NCBI GenBank assembly: GCA_965223345.1
Contig: CBDCWG010000012.1
Location: 832,001 to 896,000, forward strand
Reading direction: 5' to 3'
Origin: Nitrospinales bacterium
GTDB taxonomy: Bacteria; Nitrospinota; Nitrospinia; Nitrospinales; VA-1
Length of the DNA stretch: 64,000 bases
Made by a program: the position numbers and the translations under genes. The notes beneath the pieces were generated by a model, which was not told the origin of the DNA, ran no database searches, and saw only the letters and a list, made by a program, of their open reading frames with translations. Each line of letters begins with the position of its first letter. Position 1 is the first letter of the stretch. Positions 59,215 through 64,000 of this stretch are shown piece after piece.

Positions 59215-61585
59215 AAAAACCCTTTCCGTTTTTATCCGGGATTTTCTGGGCATCCTCGCCCTGGCGTTCACGGTGTTTGCTGTTTTGTCGCTGGTGACCT
59301 ACTCGCCTTCGGACCCTTCGATCCACAACGCCGTGGCTGGCAAAACCGAGGTCAAAAACCACGGCGGCCTGGTCGGCGCTTACCTGGCCGATACCCTGGT
59401 GCAGACCTTCGGGACCGGCGCGTTCTTTTTTCCTATCATCACGCTCATCGCCGGCTGGGCTCTGATCCGCGGCAAGGCGTTCGTGCACTGGCCGCTGATC
59501 TTTTTTTCCGGGGTGCTGTTTCTCGCCAGCCTGTGCGCTCTGTTCGCCGTTTTGCTCGACGCCGATCCGTTTTTTGGAAAAAAAGTTCAGACCGGCGGGC
59601 TCACGGGAACGCTGCTCGGTTATTACTCTTTAGCCTGGCTCAATAAAGTGGGTGCGATCCTGACGCTTTCCACGCTGGTGTTCATGTCGCTGCTCGCCAT
59701 GACCCGTACTCCTGTCAATGCCCTGGTGGACCTGGTCCGCGGTGCGGTGGAGTACGTGTTCGAATGGGTCGCCGAGTGGGTGGCCGACACGATGGAAAGC
59801 GTGCGTGAATGGTTCGGTGAAGTGCGTGCGGAACGCGCCGAGCGGGCCGAGCGCAAGGAAAAGGAGCGACCTTCGGAGCCGGTGATCGTGACCCACGCTC
59901 CGCCTCCGCCTGCGGCGAGTCCGGCGCTGGTTGAAAGCAAGCCGAAAAAGAAAAAGGAGCCGCCGAAAATCATCGAGACGCCGTTCACCGAAGAAGAATT
60001 CGTGATCGAGGACGACGAGGAGGAAGAAGAGGAGACCGGCGAGTATCAGGTGCCGCCGCTGTCTTTGCTGGAGGATCCGCCGGAAAAAATGGATTCCGAG
60101 GAACTGCGGGAGGAGATCCTGCACAACAGTTCGGTGCTCGAGCAGAAGCTGGCGGATTTCGGCATCGAAGGCCGCGTCGTGCAGGTGCTGCCGGGACCGG
60201 TGATCACGCTGTTCGAATTCGAGCTGGCGCCGGGCATCAAGGTGAGCCGCATCATGTCCCTCTCCGACGATCTGGCGCTGGCCATGCGCGCCATGAGCAT
60301 CCGCATCCTCGCGCCGGTTCCGGGGAAATCCGTGGTGGGGATCGAGATTCCCAACACCAAAAAGGAAACGGTTTATTTCAAGGAGATCATGTCCTCGGCG
60401 GCCTTCCACGAATCGGAATCGCCGTTGACGCTGGCGATCGGCAAGGACAACATCGGCCAGCCCATGGTGCAGGACCTCGCGACCGTCCCGCATCTGCTGA
60501 TGGCCGGTTCCACCGGATCGGGCAAGAGTGTGGGCATGAACTCGATGATCTGCAGCATCCTGCTGAACGCTTCTCCCGATGAAGTGAAGATGATCATGGT
60601 CGATCCGAAAATGCTCGAGCTGTCGATCTACGACGGCATCCCGCATCTGATCGCGCCGGTGGTGACCAACCCGAAAAAAGCCGCCGCGGCGCTGCAGTGG
60701 GCGGTCACGGAGATGGAAAACCGCTACAAGCTGATGGCCAAGGCGGGCGTGCGCAATATCACGGGCTACAACAATTACGTCGATGAATTGCTGGAAGAAG
60801 AATACGAGGAGGAAGAGGACGAGGAACTCGAAGAAGAGGAATGCGAGGAAGAAGAATACGAAGAGGAAGAAGATGAGGATGAGGATGAAGAGGAAGCCTC
60901 CGATGAAACGGAAGAAGAACTGCCCACACGGCTTCCCTACATCGTCATTCTGATCGACGAGCTTGCGGACCTGATGATGGTAGCGTCGAAAGGCGTGGAA
61001 GAATCGCTGACCCGGCTGGCGCAGATGGCGCGTGCGGCGGGGATTCATCTCATCGTCGCGACGCAGCGTCCTTCCGTGGACGTGCTGACGGGAATCATCA
61101 AGGCGAATTTCCCGGCGCGCATTTCCTACAAAGTGACCTCGCGGGTGGACTCGCGCACCATTCTCGACTCGATGGGCGCGGACCGGCTGCTGGGCAAAGG
61201 CGACATGCTGTTTCTGGCGCCGGGCACCTCCAAGCTGATGCGCATCCACGGGGCGATGGTGAGCGACGCGGAGATCAACCGCATCGTCAAGACCATCAAG
61301 GAACAGAAGCGGCCGGATTACCAGGAAGAAATCTTTGAGGCGGCTCTGGCGGCGGAAAAGCCGGACGAAGAGAACGAGGAATTCGATGAGAAGTACGATG
61401 AGGCCGTGGCGATCGTGGCCAAAGACCGGCAGGCTTCCATCTCCTACATACAGCGTCGACTTCGGATCGGCTACAACCGTGCCGCCCGGATTATAGAAAC
61501 CATGGAAAAAGAGGGCGTGGTAGGTCCCTCCGACGGGGTCAAACCGCGTGAAATCTATGTCAAACCAATACTGCTCGAAGAATAA
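59207..61585 (+). CDS. ftsK: DNA translocase FtsK
   Basis: N-terminal TM domain, PHLLMAGSTGSGKS, IDELADLMM, ATQRPSVDV, gamma domain IQRRLRIGYNRAAR. Confidence 0.96.
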   Translation: MNEKTLSVFIRDFLGILALAFTVFAVLSLVTYSPSDPSIHNAVAGKTEVKNHGGLVGAYLADTLVQTFGTGAFFFPIITLIAGWALIRGKAFVHWPLIFFSGVLFLASLCALFAVLLDADPFFGKKVQTGGLTGTLLGYYSLAWLNKVGAILTLSTLVFMSLLAMTRTPVNALVDLVRGAVEYVFEWVAEWVADTMESVREWFGEVRAERAERAERKEKERPSEPVIVTHAPPPPAASPALVESKPKKKKEPPKIIETPFTEEEFVIEDDEEEEEETGEYQVPPLSLLEDPPEKMDSEELREEILHNSSVLEQKLADFGIEGRVVQVLPGPVITLFEFELAPGIKVSRIMSLSDDLALAMRAMSIRILAPVPGKSVVGIEIPNTKKETVYFKEIMSSAAFHESESPLTLAIGKDNIGQPMVQDLATVPHLLMAGSTGSGKSVGMNSMICSILLNASPDEVKMIMVDPKMLELSIYDGIPHLIAPVVTNPKKAAAALQWAVTEMENRYKLMAKAGVRNITGYNNYVDELLEEEYEEEEDEELEEEECEEEEYEEEEDEDEDEEEASDETEEELPTRLPYIVILIDELADLMMVASKGVEESLTRLAQMARAAGIHLIVATQRPSVDVLTGIIKANFPARISYKVTSRVDSRTILDSMGADRLLGKGDMLFLAPGTSKLMRIHGAMVSDAEINRIVKTIKEQKRPDYQEEIFEAALAAEKPDEENEEFDEKYDEAVAIVAKDRQASISYIQRRLRIGYNRAARIIETMEKEGVVGPSDGVKPREIYVKPILLEE

Positions 61586-62480
61586 CATCATTCGCAAGTT
61601 GGGCTTTCTCGTGGCCGGGGCGGCACTGTGTTTCGCGCTCGTTTTTCCTTTCCCGGGTCAGGCCGGCGTCTATACCTGGAAGGACAAGTCCGGCAAGGTG
61701 CATTTCACCGACAAGCTGCACAAGATTCCGCCGGAGTACCGCACCAAGGAAAAGGGATTCAAAAAATACAAGAACGCGCGGCCCGCGGCCCGGGGTTCCA
61801 CAGGCTCCGGCATGCACGTCCCGACTCCGGCCAGCCACACGCCCGGAACGTTCCAGAAAAAGGAATACGTGATTCCGTTGATCCCCACACGCGGCGGCAA
61901 CTTCATGGCCGAGGTGGTGCTGAACGGTCAGGTGACGGCGCATTTGATGGTCGATACGGGAGCCTCGCTGGTGACCCTTTCCAAAGAGATCGGCGAACGG
62001 CTGGGATTCGGTTCCTTCAGCGATGCGCCGCAGATCCCCTTCAACACCGCAGGCGGACAGGTGTGGATGCCGATGGTCGCCCTCGACACGGTGCGGGTGG
62101 GCAATGCGGAGGTGAACATCGTGGAGGCGAGCCTCAACGATCAGATGGGCGATCTGGACGGTCTATTGGGCATGAGTTTTCTCGGCGACTACCGGGTGGA
62201 AATGGACCAGGCCCGCTCGCGCATGATCCTGCGTCCCCTGGGCGATCCGTCAGAAGAAGCCTGGGGCGGCAAGACCGCCATGTGGTGGAAATCGCGCTTC
62301 ATGGGCTACACCAACAAGATCCGCGATTTCGAAGCGGAAGCCAACCGGCTGCAGAAAGTCCACCATCCGCAGGCCGACAAAATACACAAAATGGTCGGTT
62401 TCTATAAAGACCTGCATCGTAAGCTCGACCTTCAGGCCTCCCAGTCCGGGGTTCCGATGCTGTATCGCTCATATCCCTGA
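61548..62480 (+). CDS. exported DUF4124 + retropepsin-like (clan AA) aspartic protease
   Basis: Signal peptide, VYTWKDKSGKVHFTD, LMVDTGASL, GLLGMSFL. Confidence 0.85.
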   Translation: MKSMSNQYCSKNNIIRKLGFLVAGAALCFALVFPFPGQAGVYTWKDKSGKVHFTDKLHKIPPEYRTKEKGFKKYKNARPAARGSTGSGMHVPTPASHTPGTFQKKEYVIPLIPTRGGNFMAEVVLNGQVTAHLMVDTGASLVTLSKEIGERLGFGSFSDAPQIPFNTAGGQVWMPMVALDTVRVGNAEVNIVEASLNDQMGDLDGLLGMSFLGDYRVEMDQARSRMILRPLGDPSEEAWGGKTAMWWKSRFMGYTNKIRDFEAEANRLQKVHHPQADKIHKMVGFYKDLHRKLDLQASQSGVPMLYRSYP

Positions 62481-62588
62481 GAAACCCTTGCAGCCGCAAT
62501 CGCAGGATAGAAAACCCGGCGCTTTTTGCTCCGGGTTTTTCGTTTTTGCGGCACAGGCTGCGGCTTGCGCACACCTATCGCTGGATCC

Positions 62589-63377
62589 ATGAAAGAAACT
62601 CCCGAACCTGCGACCCGGTCCGATTCTGCGGACGCTCCCGTTTTGTTCGTGTTGCTGGGAGCCAGCAACCTGCATCGCGGCTATGGGGCCCTGACCGATT
62701 GCCTCAGGCGCTCGCTTTTTCCCCGCAGAGTGGAATTCCTCACGGCCATGGGGCCGGGCCGGGCCTACTGCGCGCAGGGCGGCTTTCTCTTTGTCCGCTA
62801 TCCTGCGATCGGCTCGATCGGGATTTTGCAGGCGGCAAAGCAGCGGAAACAGGCAGGCGTCCGGGTGGTGGCGCTGATCACCGATATCGGCTCGGATATC
62901 ATGTACAATGTGCCGGTTGCAGAAATCCGCGCCACGCTGGAGCGGATCTTCCAGGAACTCAGCGCTTTGGAGGCTGAGGTGTTTGTGACGGAGATACCGG
63001 TGAACCTGAACGAGATTCCTCCCTGGCAATTCACGTTGCTCAAGCGGTTGTATTTTCCGAGAAGCCCCAAACGCTTCGATGAGGTCAGCGAGGCGGTCGC
63101 ATCTGTGAATGCGTTTTTGCGGCAGTCCGCGCAGGGCCGTGTTCACCTGCTTCCCAATATGCGTTCCTTCTGCGGGTTCGATAAGATTCACTACAAAAGC
63201 CTGCAAATCCACAGAGTGTGGGAGCAGGTCGCCGCCGCGATGCTTGCGGTTCTCGGTGTCCCGCATCCCAAACCCATTCGCCTCACCGCCACCGCACGGT
63301 CTTTGGCGGCGAGTCTGGACCGCCTGCTGTTCTGCGATTTCACGCCGCTCAGGAAAAAAAGCGGCGATCTGTATTGA
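62589..63377 (+). CDS. SGNH/GDSL-like hydrolase
   Basis: LLGASN (block I), DIGSD (block III), DKIH (DxxH). Confidence 0.65.
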   Translation: MKETPEPATRSDSADAPVLFVLLGASNLHRGYGALTDCLRRSLFPRRVEFLTAMGPGRAYCAQGGFLFVRYPAIGSIGILQAAKQRKQAGVRVVALITDIGSDIMYNVPVAEIRATLERIFQELSALEAEVFVTEIPVNLNEIPPWQFTLLKRLYFPRSPKRFDEVSEAVASVNAFLRQSAQGRVHLLPNMRSFCGFDKIHYKSLQIHRVWEQVAAAMLAVLGVPHPKPIRLTATARSLAASLDRLLFCDFTPLRKKSGDLY

Positions 63378-63394
63378 GCCCATGAGATCGTGAG

Positions 63395-64000
63395 ATGGGA
63401 ATTCCGCGCGCCGCACTCCGCATTCTGACACTGGTTTTGACCTACTGCGTTTTCGCTGTGATCGGGTTGGTGGTTTGGCCGTTGCGCCTGCTTTCCCCCG
63501 ATGCGCATCTCCGCCTCCTCGCTGTGCTCACCCGCGCCTGGGCCGCGTCGTCCTGCTTCCTGTTCGGCATTCGCGTGCGACTCGAAGGCGAACGCGCGGT
63601 CCCGCAGGGTTCGCTGATCGTGGCCAACCACGTGGGAACCCCGGACATCTTCGTTCTCGGGTCGTGTTTTCCTGCGTTTTACGTTTCCAAATCCGAAATC
63701 GCAAGCTGGCCGCTGCTCAGCATAATAGCCCGAATGGGCTGTACCATTTTTGCGGAGCGGACCCGCAGGCAGCAAATCAGCGATCTGGTGGAACAGATCC
63801 GGGAGCGTCTGAGCAAGGGATGTTCGGTGATTCTTTTTCCCGAAGGGGGCGCCACCGACGGCTCGGATGTGATCGCGTTCAAGTCCTCGCCGTTCGAGGC
63901 GGCGGTGCAGGCCAAAAGTGCGGTGGTTCCGGTGACCGTGCTGTACCACGACGGCGACCGCCCCTCGGTGGCCTGCTGGTACAAGATGCCGTTCATGGCT
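63395..64000 (+). CDS. 1-acyl-sn-glycerol-3-phosphate acyltransferase family, 3'-truncated by window edge
   Basis: Manual translation gives IVANHVGTPD (NHxxxxD) and VILFPEG; absent from the ORF track because it has no stop in the window. Confidence 0.85.
   Translation, partial: MGIPRAALRILTLVLTYCVFAVIGLVVWPLRLLSPDAHLRLLAVLTRAWAASSCFLFGIRVRLEGERAVPQGSLIVANHVGTPDIFVLGSCFPAFYVSKSEIASWPLLSIIARMGCTIFAERTRRQQISDLVEQIRERLSKGCSVILFPEGGATDGSDVIAFKSSPFEAAVQAKSAVVPVTVLYHDGDRPSVACWYKMPFMA

Noticed and set aside
63395..63620. Possible frameshift in the acyltransferase at the C5 run
   Set aside because: Re-reading CTT TCC CCC GAT shows the frame is intact
1..64000. CRISPR arrays, tRNA/rRNA genes, IS elements
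   Set aside because: No regularly spaced repeats, cloverleaf motifs or transposase ORFs seen by eye; a tool scan could still find small RNAs

Overview
64 kb of core chromosome from a moderately GC-rich Gram-negative bacterium. The gene set suggests a Nitrospina-like or deltaproteobacteria-like lineage, but this is an impression I cannot verify here. Housekeeping genes include glyQ, glyS, ppdK, nagZ, fabF, miaB, aroB, nadD-rsfS-dksA, nadB and ftsK. They are interleaved with three type IVa pilus loci: HTH-pilMNOPQ, a fimT/pilV/pilX/pilW minor-pilin operon with no pilY1, and pilA followed by a DUF2723/TMEM260-like GT-C glycosyltransferase and a GT2. Each pilus locus has a sigma54-type GG-N10-GC motif upstream. 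The most interesting candidate system is pilA plus the two glycosyltransferases, a probable pilin O-glycosylation module. Its GT-C gene is out of frame at a T9 tract just upstream of the conserved DxxE motif, which could be phase variation, slippage or a sequencing error. Other oddities: adhesin-like domains fused onto PilX and PilW, a 507-aa non-lipoprotein PilP fusion, a membrane-anchored NB-ARC/TPR (STAND) gene between glyQ and glyS, a J-domain-ExeA fusion lacking HPD, a probably inactive ADP-ribosylglycohydrolase, a LapA-LapB-like fusion with a degenerate rubredoxin motif, an orphan CI-like switch region, and several apparently leaderless genes. No tRNA, rRNA, CRISPR array or transposase was recognised. 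All family assignments come from motifs read by eye, not from database searches.
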